Notes: a model not told the origin generated them from the letters alone. A DNA stretch of 64,000 bases from Octopus sinensis (GCF_006345805.1 NC_043021.1:15004001-15068000), one strand, 5' to 3'. Shown: positions 12,650 to 24,278, numbered from the stretch's first letter. Translations and numbers: made by a program.

Positions 12650-13180
12650 ATGGCTCTCATGGCTTCTGATCTTAACTGATTGGAAGTGTTATCATGTACA
12701 TTGTTTTGTCTTGGTATAAAAGATGGGCTACAGCAAATATTCTGCTCAATACCAGATTTGCTTGTCAGTTGTTTGACCTTAACCAGTTGAGCATGTCCCT
12801 TAGTGGCTGACAATACGTGCATCTCTGATCATGAGCAGAAGTAGTGGGGGAGCATCATAGCCATGTGTTGAGAGGGATTCTTTGGGGTTTGAATAGTTCA
12901 CCTCTGGAAATATGGGTGGTTCTTTCTACATCCTTAAACAACCCTTATTCAGGGACCTTTTGAGCGGGATGGGCTACTCAACCTGAAGAAAATTCTAACT
13001 GGGCCCCACCTGCAAGGTCATGTGCTGTTTATCTTGATATGAAATCACCATGTCGCGCACATATGGTTGTGATGCATGTGCCTGGTGTACCCTTATCAGA
13101 CGGGTAGTCATGATGGGTATATTGGGCTTCGTATATTTTACCCCAGTGTCACTTTGATGGCATGAACTGCTCTCTCACTC

Positions 13181-13190
<10 letters not shown>
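12650..13190 (+). mobile_element. Unclassified interspersed element of about 540 bp embedded in (AAT)n
   Basis: A second copy lies at about 62745-63200 and a reversed fragment at about 62530-62590. All abut (AAT)n tracts. Confidence 0.75.
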
Positions 13191-13215
<25 letters not shown>

Positions 13216-13375
13216 TAATAATGATAATAATGTAAAGTACTGTCTGTCTGAGGTCCTTGTGATTTGACAAACAGTACAACCCACCCTCCACTCGGTAGAC
13301 ACAATATCTTTAATCAACAACCTCAAGATATTGTATACTGTGCCATGTCTATAATAACGATAATGATAATCATCA

Positions 13376-13830
13376 TCATCATCATCATCATCGTTTAACA
13401 TCCGCTTTCCATGCTGGCATGGATTGGACGATTTCACTGAGGTCTGGCGAACCAGATGGCTGCACCAGACTCCAATCTGATCTGGCAGAGTTTCTACAGC
13501 TGGATGCCCTTCCTAACGCCAACCACTCCGAGAGTGTAGTGGGTGCTTTTACATGCCACCAGCATGAGGGCCAGTTAGGTGGTACTGGTTACGGCCATGC
13601 TCAAATGGTGCTTTTCATGTGCCACCTGCACAGGAGCCAGTCCAGCGGTACTGGCAACAACCTCGCTTCAATGTTTTTTATGTGCCACCAACACAAGTGC
13701 CATTAAGGCGACACAGGTAACGATCATGCTTGAATGGTGCTTTTTACATGCCACCGGCACAGAGAACAGTTCATTGCTCTGGCAACGATCACACTCGTAT
13801 GGTACTTTTAGCACTCTGCCACCACCACCA
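13376..13830 (-). mobile_element. RTE-tail short element with internal degenerate repeats of about 60 bp
   Basis: Tail catcatcgtttaacatccgctttccatgctggcatgg...ctggatgcccttcctaacgccaaccactcc. Other copies lie at about 18700-18830, 25640-25800, 31530-31690, 34540-34740, 44990-45370, 49593-50043, 50210-50360 and 63640-63790. Confidence 0.8.
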
Positions 13831-13969
13831 CAACTGCCACCACCACCAACAACAACAACAACAAGAACAACAACAACAACAGCAGCAGCAGCAACAACTG
13901 AATGTCAGTGACCTACAAGAGGGGTTCTATATGATTACTCAACCATTAAACCTTTGAAATAAACCAGCA

Positions 13970-14690
13970 AAAGACTATCTGCTAGAAATAGTAGCCAAAT
14001 CTTCCTCAAACACATTATGCTGTCTTACAAACAAACAAAAAAAGCAAAAAAAATAAAAGAAGTGGGGAGTGTATTGGGTGGATGGTGTAGTTCTTTATAT
14101 ACAATAGGAAGGGTTGGTCATGCTTGGAACAGCATTGATCATAGATCTGCTCACAATGAGGGTGCCTCTATGTGATCGCTCAACCCTCAAGAAATAGCAG
14201 CTAAATTCCTTTGTATTTATCTTCACCAGGTGGGATGGTCATATTTGGAACAGCATCCAACATAGATCTGCTCACAAGAAAGGTGCCTCTGCATGGTCGC
14301 TCAACCTGCTGGAAATAGCAGCCAAATCTGTTCATATCTCACCCTACCAGGTTAGGTTAGGAAAGAACCCGCTGGACAATGTTACCCTGGTTTCCTTGTG
14401 CATAAGAATAAGAATGGGTGGTCACCATTGGAACACCTTTGATCACAAGATCTGCTTGATCATCTGTACTGTCCTGGGGTTAAACACCAGGATCAAAAAC
14501 TAAAGGAAGGAACCCCTATATGGTTGCTTGATCTGCTAGTAATTGCAGTTAAATATGAGTATTTCTGCCCCGAGAAAGAAAAAAAGGAAGGTCACATTAG
14601 ATAATAGAGACAGTGATGTAAAAAAAGACTTGATGGAATGGTCATGGCTGAAATGCTTTTGATCATTGATCTGATCAATGAGGAAAAAAA
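13970..14690 (+). repeat. Degenerate repeat family, about 120-bp units (ctgctagaaatagcagccaaat / gatggtcat..ggaacagc..gatcatagatctgct)
   Basis: Several diverged units in tandem, with related pieces at about 10610, 30730 and 31050. Confidence 0.65.
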
Positions 14691-14859
14691 TGATCTGGAG
14701 TTAAACAAGGATGACGATGATGGCAACAACATCAAACCAGGAACTACTGTTGTCTACATTCCAACTTGGACCACCACCACTGCTACCTTTATCATCATTT
14801 CCTCTCCCCTCATCAAAGCAGCAGCAGCACTGCTGGCACTTGTAGCACCATCACTATCG

Positions 14860-15765
14860 CCCTCACCAATCCTTGTGGCATCTGTCACCACCTCCTCCAC
14901 CATCATCATCATCATCATCACCATCATCACCACCACCACCACCACCACCACCATGGTCATTGGCATGATCATCATCACTGCCACCATCACCACCATCATC
15001 ATCACCATCACCATCATCGTCATCATCATCATCCTCATCATCACCACTACCACCACCACCACCACCACCACCATAGTCATTGGCGTGATCATCATCATCA
15101 CTGCTACCACTACCACCACCATCATCATCACCACCACCACCATCGTCATCCTCATCCTCCTCATCATCATCATCACCACCACCACTACCACCACCACCAC
15201 CACCACCACCACCAGTACCACTACCATAACCCCCAATACTATAACCACCACGACCAAAACCACAATCAGCACAACCTTAACCACCACCATCATCACCACA
15301 ACCACCATAACCACCACTGCTGCGACCACCACCACCATCACCATAACCACCACCACTGCGGCGACTGCCAACACCACCGTTACCACCATAACCGCCACTA
15401 TGATAACCACCACCACTGCCGCTGCTACCACCACCACCACTACTGCTGCTGTTGCCACCACCACCACCACCGCTGCTACCATCACCATCACCACCACCAC
15501 CACCACCACCACCACCACCACCACCACCACCACCACCACCACCACCACCACCACCACCACCACTACCACCACCACCACCAGAACCGCCACAACTGCTGCG
15601 ACTGCCACCACCACCACCACCACTACCACCACCACCACCACACCACCACCACCACCACCACCACCACCACCACCACCACCACCACCACCACCACCACTAC
15701 CACCACCACCAGAACCGCCACAACTGCTGCGACTGCCAACACCACCACCACCACCAGCACAGCTA
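14860..15765 (+). repeat. Compound (CAC/CAT)n trinucleotide microsatellite, about 0.9 kb
   Basis: Direct reading. Gives spurious poly-T, H, V and P ORFs. Confidence 0.95.
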
Positions 15766-16008
15766 TGAGGACTTGCATGTCAGTAAGAATAAAAAAAAAA
15801 CCCTTTATGGCAGGGTTGAAGGTGAAGGGTGATGGAGGGGAGAAGTTCAGGGGTCAGGGGTCAGGGAGGAGTGGATGACAGGGTGGCAGGAAGGTAACAC
15901 CCAGATAACTAAGTTCTGGAGCTGACTTTAATAACAATATTTGAACCACACCCAAACATGTTGGTGGGTTGGTTGGGATGGGGAGGGAGGTCTAGGGTTC
16001 TGTGAGAT

Positions 16009-16043
<35 letters not shown>

Positions 16044-16262
16044 TGCACACACACAAACATCACATACAAGTATACGCATGCCATGCGTACACATGCAAAC
16101 TTATATAAGCATACACACACATATAAACACACACACACATACACATATATACACATACAAGTATCTCTATCTTTCTCTCCCCCTTTCTTTCTCTCTCCCT
16201 TTCTTTCTCTCTCTCTCTCTCTCTTTAAAGCAGCATGTAAAGCACATGATGATGATGATGAG

Positions 16263-16311
<49 letters not shown>

Positions 16312-17186
16312 TATATATCTATATATATATAGATAGATAGATAGATAGATAGATACCTTTCTCTTTTCTCTCACTCTCTCCTCCTCCTCTCTCTCTCTCC
16401 CTCGCTCATCCTGCGACCCTCTCCCTCTCCCTCTCTGTCTCTCTCTCTATATATATATAGATAGATAGATATACATAATACACACACATGCATATATACA
16501 GTTGTATATATATTCAAACAAATATACATACACATACACTCTTATAACCACATATACCATACATAACAGACATACATGCACACGTTAACACACACATACC
16601 CATATGTACACATGCATAAAAAAATGCACACATATACATATAGGAACATACACACATATAGATACATATATACAGACACACACACACAACTGGTACCAGT
16701 AATACTACTGAGGGAGGAGAAGAATCTTGTCTGTTATCTTTTATGTAATTGCTAACCTTTTATTCTGTGTGTGTGTGTGTGTATTGTGTGTGTGTGTGTT
16801 GTGTGTGTGTGTGTTGTGTGTGTGTGTTGTATGTCTGTTTGTGTGTGTGTTTGTGTGTGTGTGTTGTATGTCTGTTTGTGTATGTGTTTGTGTGTGTGTG
16901 TGTGGTATTTTGTTGTGTGTGTGTGTGTGTTGTGTTTTTGTGTTGTGTGTGTGTTGTGGTTTGTGTTGTGTTGTGTGTGGTGTGTGTGTTGTGTTTGTGT
17001 GTGGTTGTGTGTGTGTGGTGTGTGGGTGTTGTTGTGTGGTTGTTGTATGTGTGTGTGCTGTGTGTTTTGTGTGTGGTTGTGTTGTGTTGTGTTTGGGGGG
17101 TGTGTGTGTTTGTGTGTGTGTTTGTGTGTTTGTGTGTGTGTGTGTGCTGTGTGTTTTGTGTGTGTGTGTGTTTGTAGTCTTTCATT

Positions 17187-17600
17187 TTTTTATTCTTTTA
17201 CTTGACTGTGACCATGCTGGGGCACCACCTTGAAGAATTTTTAGTCAGATGAAATTACCCCCCACCCCGCCCTGCACCCAGTACTTAAGTTTCTTGCTAA
17301 ACCTGGTACTTATTCTATCGACCTCTTTCACTGAACTGCTAAGTTACGGGGATGTAAGCACACCAACACCAGTTGTCAAGTGGTGGTGGCAGACAAACTC
17401 TCTCACACACACACACACACACACATACATACACACACACATGACAGGCTTCTTTCAGTTTCCATCTCCCAAAATCCACTCACAAGGCTTTGGTTGGCCC
17501 AAGGCTATAGTAAAAGACACTTGCCCAAGGTGCCACACTGTGTGGGACTGAACCAGGAACCATGTGGTTGGGAAGCAAGCTTCTTCCCATACAACCACAT
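17187..17600 (-). mobile_element. SINE family A, diverged copy
   Basis: Reverse-strand match to family A. Confidence 0.85.
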
Positions 17601-17942
17601 CTCTAAAGCTTGTTTACAAAATCTTCCCACGTTCTAAAAAGCTATTACTTAGCATTAAAACTGTCAGTACTTGTTGTTAGTGTGCCACTTAGTTTAATAG
17701 TACAGAGCACTTAGCCAGGATCAGGGAGGTACGTGGTTCAGTTCAAGGTAGCTTCCTCCAGGCAACCTTTTTTTTTTCCATGTTCTAAGGGCTAAATGCT
17801 TAATGTTTCTCAGCTGTTTTACAGCTATGTTGCAGTTGACACTTATTTTCTTGTCTCTAATATATATATATATAAAATATTAGAGAAAAAAAACACCTTT
17901 TATCAATTCAAAATGAATAATTAAATTACACCATCTAGAAAA

Positions 17943-18332
17943 TCTTTATATATAGAAATGAAGTTGTGTGTCTGTCTCCTACGATTTAGATTCCTAACTA
18001 CTCCCACATTTTGCAGTGCAGTTTAACCAAAACCGGATATCTTATAGTCGTGATTCATATCGAGCCCTTCTGGGTATTAGCGCGTGTCTATGATGAGTCT
18101 ACGATTTTAAAAATAATTTAACATCATTTTTTTCCATTTTCATGCATATTTTTTTAAAGGGAAGTAACTCTCTAAAAATGTCTACGATGAGTCAACGATT
18201 TTTAAAAAAATTTACCATCATATTTTTTCCATTTTTAATGCATTTTTTTGCTATTTTTTGGCTGTAACTCTCTAAAAATGCTGTATAGTTATTTCCCTTA
18301 CAAACCCGAGCAACGCCGGGCGATACTGCTAG
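17943..18332 (+). mobile_element. Non-autonomous Helitron
   Basis: A|TCTTTATATA ... cccgagcaacgccggg hairpin ... CTAG|T, with an internal duplication of about 85 bp. Confidence 0.85.
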
Positions 18333-18337
18333 TATAT

Positions 18338-18574
18338 ATATATATATAAAATATTAGAAAAAAAAACACCTTTTATCAATTCAAAATGAATAATTAAATT
18401 ACACCATCTAGAAAATTACATATAAAATTAAAATAACAATTAAAAAGTAAAGATTTACTTTTTATTGTTATTTGAATTTTAACTTTTCTATTATATGTAA
18501 TTTTCTAGATGGTGTCATTTAATTATCCATTTTGAATTGATAAAAGATGGGTTTTTTTCTAATATCTTATATAT
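18338..18574. repeat. AT-rich fold-back element, about 235 bp
   Basis: ttttatcaattcaaaatgaataattaaattacaccatctagaaaattacatata / tatatgtaattttctagatggtgtcatttaattatccattttgaattgataaaa. Confidence 0.85.
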
Positions 18575-18663
18575 ATTATATTGTGTGGAATCTGATTTAG
18601 TATTTCTAAATTGAATTATTTTTCCTTGTAAGTTTGGATTTTATTCCCTCAAATAATAATTAT

Positions 18664-18701
<38 letters not shown>

Positions 18702-19008
18702 TCATCATCATCATCATCGTTTAACGTCCGTTTTCCATGCTAGCATGGGTTGGACGGTTCGACCGGGGTCTGGGAAGCCAGGAGGCTGCGCCAGGCTCTA
18801 GTCTGATCTGGCAGTGTTTCTATATCTGGATATGCCTGAGTGAGAAATTTGAAAAATGAGACCAGAAGAATATACATACATATGTACACATACATAAATG
18901 CATACATGCATTCCTACATAAATATATTCATGCATACATACATACATACATACCATACATACATATATGCATACATACGTACATAAAAACATGTAGACAA
19001 GCATACAT

Positions 19009-19408
19009 GGATCTTTTCGGTTCGAACAGCACTTTTTAAAAATAATTTCCACGTAACTAAACACTTTTAAACTTCGTATACTGGTAGAATGTGTTTATAA
19101 AACATCTTTTTTCTCTTGGCTTTATTGAGAAAATTCTATAGTTTGTAAGATATTTGTTGTTTTTTCTTCAGTTTCTTCTGCAATTCAACCAATCAATGAC
19201 GTCTGTTGAGGTGAAAACATTCTGTGCCGTATGAATATGTCCCTCGTTTAAGAAACAGATTGGGTTTATTACATTTCTGAAGAAAAAAAGATACCCTTCC
19301 TTTCCCCCCACCCCTAACGCTAACTAAACCGATACTAGCGTCATAATTATGGGTGACAATTTCATATGACACCGCTAGAATAAACTGCCATTCAAACCGA
19401 AAAGATCC
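19009..19408. mobile_element. MITE with GG-starting TIRs and 8-bp TSD (Merlin-like)
   Basis: TIR GGATCTTTTCGGTTYGAAYRGCASTTT (14 bp perfect, about 27 bp imperfect). TSD gcatacat on both sides. Confidence 0.75.
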
Positions 19409-20388
19409 GCATACATACATGCATACGTACAGACAGACAGACAGACAAACTAAAAAACAGATAGGGATAGGTTGCATAAACCTAAAACTGAAGACATCAA
19501 TCAGAGGAATGTCTTCTAGGGACATTTTCGTCCAATGAGGTGTGATGTTGGGGTCAGAATAGTCTGGAAGATAATCAGAGAAATGAAAAAAAAAACTAAC
19601 AAAGTTGTCTATATTGGGTCAAAAGAAAATTGGGGCAATTTTAAAATAGCCACCAAATTAAAACACAACTGGTTTTGCTAATTAACCCATAGCTGGGTTC
19701 CTGACAGGTGCTACTGCTCAGTATCTGAGTAGACGTGGGGACAATAGTGACTGGGAGGTGGTTCTAGGCTCTTCAAAACCCTGGGGCTCCCGAAACAGGG
19801 ACTCCCGAAACAGGGACCCCTGAAACAATGACTCCTGAAACAGGGACCCCACTACTGGATGCAATTCAAAGTCAAACCCAAGAAATACACACATGCATAC
19901 ACAGACACATACATACAGACAGGTATACACACATGCACACAAACACACACATGTGTCATGCATGTACACACACCTGCACGCACACATGCACATACAAGTG
20001 CCACACAGATATATATGTGCACACACACATATGCATACACACACACACATATGCATACACACACACACATGCACATATATTCACATGCACGTATACACAC
20101 ATGCACACACACATGAATGCACATACAGACATGCATACATACATTACACACACTCATGCACACACAGATGCATACACATACACACAGGCATACACACATG
20201 CATCATGCATACACACACACACATGCACATACACACATGCACACATACACGCATATATACATATGCACATACAAACATGCACATACACATGCTTACACAC
20301 ACACATGCACATACACATGTACACGCACATATTCACACACACGTGTAAATCCATACATACACACACACACAGACACCCATGCATGCAC

Positions 20389-20440
<52 letters not shown>

Positions 20441-21677
20441 ACATGTATCTAAAGTAGAAAGTCAACAAGAAATATACAAGAACATATATGAAAACAACAA
20501 CAACAACAATAGCAGCAGCAACAACAACAACAACAACAACAGCAATTCTAAAGCTTAAAAGAAACCAGCTTAGGTGTTGTAATAAATAAATGATAATGAA
20601 ATTTTATCATTAGGACTGGAACCGGATAGTTTCAAAGTGACATAAACTTATGACAAATATTGCAACACCGCCCTGGGTGAGTAAATGGAAATAGCATGGT
20701 GGTGGTGGTGGTGGCGGTGGGGAGGGGGGGGAAAGTAGAGAGATAGAGAGAGTGGGAAGGAGGGAGGGAGGGAGAGAGAGAGAGAGGTATTAAGATAGCT
20801 AGAGAGTTTGGGGATGAGAAGGAATGGAGGGGGGAGAATAAGTGATAAATACTATACATATATATAATATATTATATATGTTAATAAAATAGAACATATG
20901 CATATATCAAACATATATTTACGTACCTACCTCTACATGTACATATACACGCATATATGTGTACAGGACACCAAAAAGACGTCGAACACTAGAGAGACGA
21001 AAAACATAGACACAAACCAAGGAACAGACAAGCAAAAAAGAAAAAAAGAGATACAGGACAATAACACAACGAAAAATCCCCTTCTTCAGTCGCTAAGGTT
21101 TCATCTACTCTACTTTCGAAGGATAAAAGCGAGACGTATACTTCGAAGAAACTTCCTTCCTGTGAAAAGCAAATCAATTAAAATTCTGAGATCTTTTCGC
21201 AGAGGGGTAAAAAATGGTAAAAAAAGCAAGACGGTAACGACAGTACAAACCATAAACAGTAAAAAAAAAAAAAAAAAAAAATTATATATAAACAGTTGAA
21301 AAATAATATATAACAGTGAGAGACAGACAAGAGAACAAGATAAGAAGGGCTGTTTACGACGCCAGACGAAAAAAGTAATGCAAACGCTGGATTATAGTGG
21401 ACGACGAGAGAGAAAGAATGTCGACCAGTGGCCTTAGAAGGCGGGCGAGAAAAGACAGGATAGCAGTTACGACGGAAGTATCGTCGCAGATGGACGACGG
21501 AATGGGGAGGAGGAGCAAGAGGAAGAGAGAGAAGAAGGGGAATGGGCGAGGAGACCATGAAGAATGGTGAGGGGGAGAGAAGAGACAAGTTAAGTGAGGG
21601 AAAAAGGACGAAAAAGGGAATGGGAGAGAAAGAAAGAAAGATGCAGAGTCGCGTGAGAGTTAATATCAAGGCTAAAT

Positions 21678-21908
21678 ATATTTCTTTATTGCCCACAAGG
21701 GGCTAAACATAGAGGGGACAAACAAGGACAGACAAATGGATTAAGTTGATTATATCGACCCCAGTGCGAAACTGGTACTTTATTTATCGACCCCGAAAGG
21801 ATGAGCGGCAAAGTCGACCTCGGCGGAATTTGAACTCAGAACGTAACGACAGACGAAATACCGCTAAGCATTTCGCCCGGCGCGCTAACGTGTCTGCCAG
21901 CTCGCCGC
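21678..21908 (-). mobile_element. SINE family B
   Basis: Reverse-strand match. Confidence 0.88.
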
Positions 21909-21910
21909 AT

Positions 21911-22092
21911 ATATTAGAGGGAAACCACCATGTGGACACCCATATGCTAGAAATAGATCCGCTACGGTCTCACCACCAAGAAATGTTCTCAAGAAATTTC
22001 TTGGTGGTGAGACCGTAATTTTTTGGTAGTGAGACCGTAGCAGATCTATTTCTAGCATATGGGTGTCCACATGGTGGTTTCCCCTCTAATAT
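21911..22092. repeat. Fold-back element, about 182 bp, TA-flanked
   Basis: atattagagggaaaccaccatgtggacacccatatgctagaaatagatc... / ...gatctatttctagcatatgggtgtccacatggtggtttcccctctaatat. Confidence 0.9.
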
Positions 22093-22242
22093 ATATATAA
22101 TACAGTTTTACTGAACCTTCAGTTTTTTTTATGCTAGACCACTGGTGTGAAATCGATGTTAATTAAATTAATATCTAATTTCTCACCCTTATTTTAAATT
22201 TAAAATTATACATATATATACATACACACACACACACACATA

Positions 22243-22643
22243 TCTTTTACTCTTTTACTTGTTTCAGTCATTTGACTGCGGCCATGCTGGAGCACCACCT
22301 TTAATCGAGCAACTCGACCCCGGACTTATTCTTTGTAAGCCAGTACTTATGCTATCTATCGGTCTCTTTTGCCGAACCGCTAAGTGACGGGGACATAAAC
22401 ACACCAGCATCGGTTGTCAAGCGATGCTAGGGGCACAACACACACAAACCACCGCACACATATACATATGTATACATATATACGACGGGCTTCTTTCATT
22501 TCCCGTCTACCAAATCCACTCAGAAGGCTTTGGTCGGCCCGGGCTATAGTAGAAGACACTTGCCCAAGGTGCCACGCAATGGGACTGAACCCAGAACCAT
22601 GTGTTGGTAAGCAAGCTACTTACCACACAGCCACTCCTACGCC
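22243..22643 (-). mobile_element. SINE family A, full copy
   Basis: Reverse-strand match. Confidence 0.9.
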
Positions 22644-22865
22644 TATATATATATAATATATATCTATATATATATATATATATGTATATGTATGTATATA
22701 TATACGTAATAAGTTTAGGTGTATTTTTTTAATGTTTACAAATAACAGGGGAAAATAAATAAATAGTTACCAAGGTAGCAAAAATTCACGTAAGTACCAA
22801 GGATGTAACAGCCTACTTATTAAGGTAGAAACTCCAGGTTTTGGTGAAATGTTTTTGTATAACAT

Positions 22866-23165
22866 AGATAAATAAATAAATGGAGTTAAATGCAGGTGTT
22901 ATTCAAATCTTTATACTTCCGACATATGTTTCGAAGAAAACATTGGTATTATTCCGGAAGGAATAAAATTATGTCAAACAATGCAATCGGTTAAAATGTC
23001 TTATTGATGCATTTTGTTTCTCTTTTTTTCCTTGATGAGAAGATCGCATTGTTTTACATGATTTTATCCCTTCTGGAATAATACCAATGTTTGCTTCGAT
23101 ACATAGTCGGAAGTATAAAGATTTGAATAACACCTACATTTAACTCCATTTATTTATATTATTTA
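22866..23165. repeat. Long inverted repeat (arms about 125 bp, spacer about 55 bp)
   Basis: aaatggagttaaatgcaggtgttattcaaatctttatacttccgac... / ...gtcggaagtataaagatttgaataacacctacatttaactccattt. Confidence 0.88.
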
Positions 23166-23221
23166 CATTAAATTACATTATTTACATTTGACGGATATTT
23201 TTCCTCATCTTGTTTGTTGTT

Positions 23222-23267
23222 AACACAACGTTTCGGCTGATATACCCTCCAGCCTTCATCAGGTGTC
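23222..23267 (-). ncRNA. Minimal type-I hammerhead ribozyme motif (Penelope type)
   Basis: Stem I GACAC/GUGUU, core CUGAUGA, 5-bp stem II GGCUG/CAGCC, GAAA, palindromic stem III ACGU, NUH = GUU. Predicted cut between 23227 and 23226. Confidence 0.7.
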
Positions 23268-23325
23268 TTGGGGAAATTTCGAACCTGGATTCTCATTCCT
23301 AAGGTATTTTTCAATGTTATTATTA

Positions 23326-23357
<32 letters not shown>

Positions 23358-23360
<3 letters not shown>

Positions 23361-23773
23361 TAGTTTTATTTTTATAGCGTGCTTTCACTTCACTACCGAG
23401 CGCAGCTCTGTGTGCCTTAGGTATGTGCTGTGATTTGTTGTTGATGCTCTGATGGTTATTGTATGGAAAGTGTTCTGCGTAGGATGTGTGCAGTGCCCAG
23501 TAGTGCAATTTCTCTGTATGTTATATGTGTTTGTAAGTCCTGGTGTTTTTGTTATGTATTTGTCTGAATTTTTTTATCATGCCTAATGCACCTACTATGA
23601 TAGGAATTGTTTCTGTTTTTAGATTCCACATTCTGGTTACCTCTATTTCCAGGTCTTTGTATTTTGAAAGTTTTCTCATTTCTTTTAGAGACACTTTGTC
23701 ATCTCGCCGTATTGATACATCAATTAGAAAGCAGTTTTTTTTCTTCATGATCTCTGACAACTATATCTGGTCC
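23358..23773 (-). mobile_element. 3' end of an R4/Dong-clade non-LTR retrotransposon (restriction-like endonuclease domain + 3' UTR)
   Basis: (R)PDIVVRD..CFLIDVSI..KLSKYKDLEIEVTRMW..IPIIVGALG..IALLGTAHILRRTLSIQ* with frameshifts. Flanked on both sides by (AAT)n. Confidence 0.85.
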
Positions 23774-24244
23774 TTATTATTATTATTATTATTATATTAT
23801 TATTATTATTATTATTATCATTATTATTATTATCATAATTATTATTATTATTCAGGTCACTGCCTGGAATCGAACTTGACATCTCGGGGTTAGTACCCCA
23901 CGCTCTTAACCACTACCATTTATTTATTTGTTTATATATATATATCTTTTATCTTTTACTTGAAATGGAGAAAAGTTAGTCTGAGTTTAGTCTGAGTTTG
24001 AAAAGAAGAAGGAAGAAAGGGCGAAGAAAATGCAGGTGATAATATTTCGTGCTTATTTCACCTGAATAGGTATTTTCTGACTAACACAAACACACCTTTA
24101 ATTAACCTTTGGACAATATAGCAACAAAAAACAATAACACAAATAATAACATTAGTTTTATGACTCTTTGATTTGTTATACTAATCTCTCTCTCTCTCTC
24201 TCATTCTGTGTGTGTGTATACACACATAAATATATATATATCTA

Positions 24245-24278
<34 letters not shown>

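Larger units (their letters stand above)
23170..23917 (-). mobile_element. Composite element: tRNA-like head + (AAT)n + Penelope-type tail with hammerhead core, interrupted by an R4/Dong fragment
   Basis: On the minus strand: ggtagtggttaagagcg...gttcgattcc (B box) at 23855-23917, (AAT)n, then gaaaaataccttaggaatgag...GACAC CTGATGA A GGCTG..CAGCC GAAACGTT GTGTT...aaatgtaaataatgt. Confidence 0.7.

Noticed and set aside
14638-15878. Long ORFs of 295-376 aa (poly-T, H, V, P)
   Set aside because: They are translations of a (CAC/CAT)n microsatellite, open in several frames on both strands, with no domain.
23852-23917. Functional tRNA gene (also the heads of SINE families A-D)
   Set aside because: Truncated A box and no acceptor stem, and each head is joined to SINE bodies or microsatellites.
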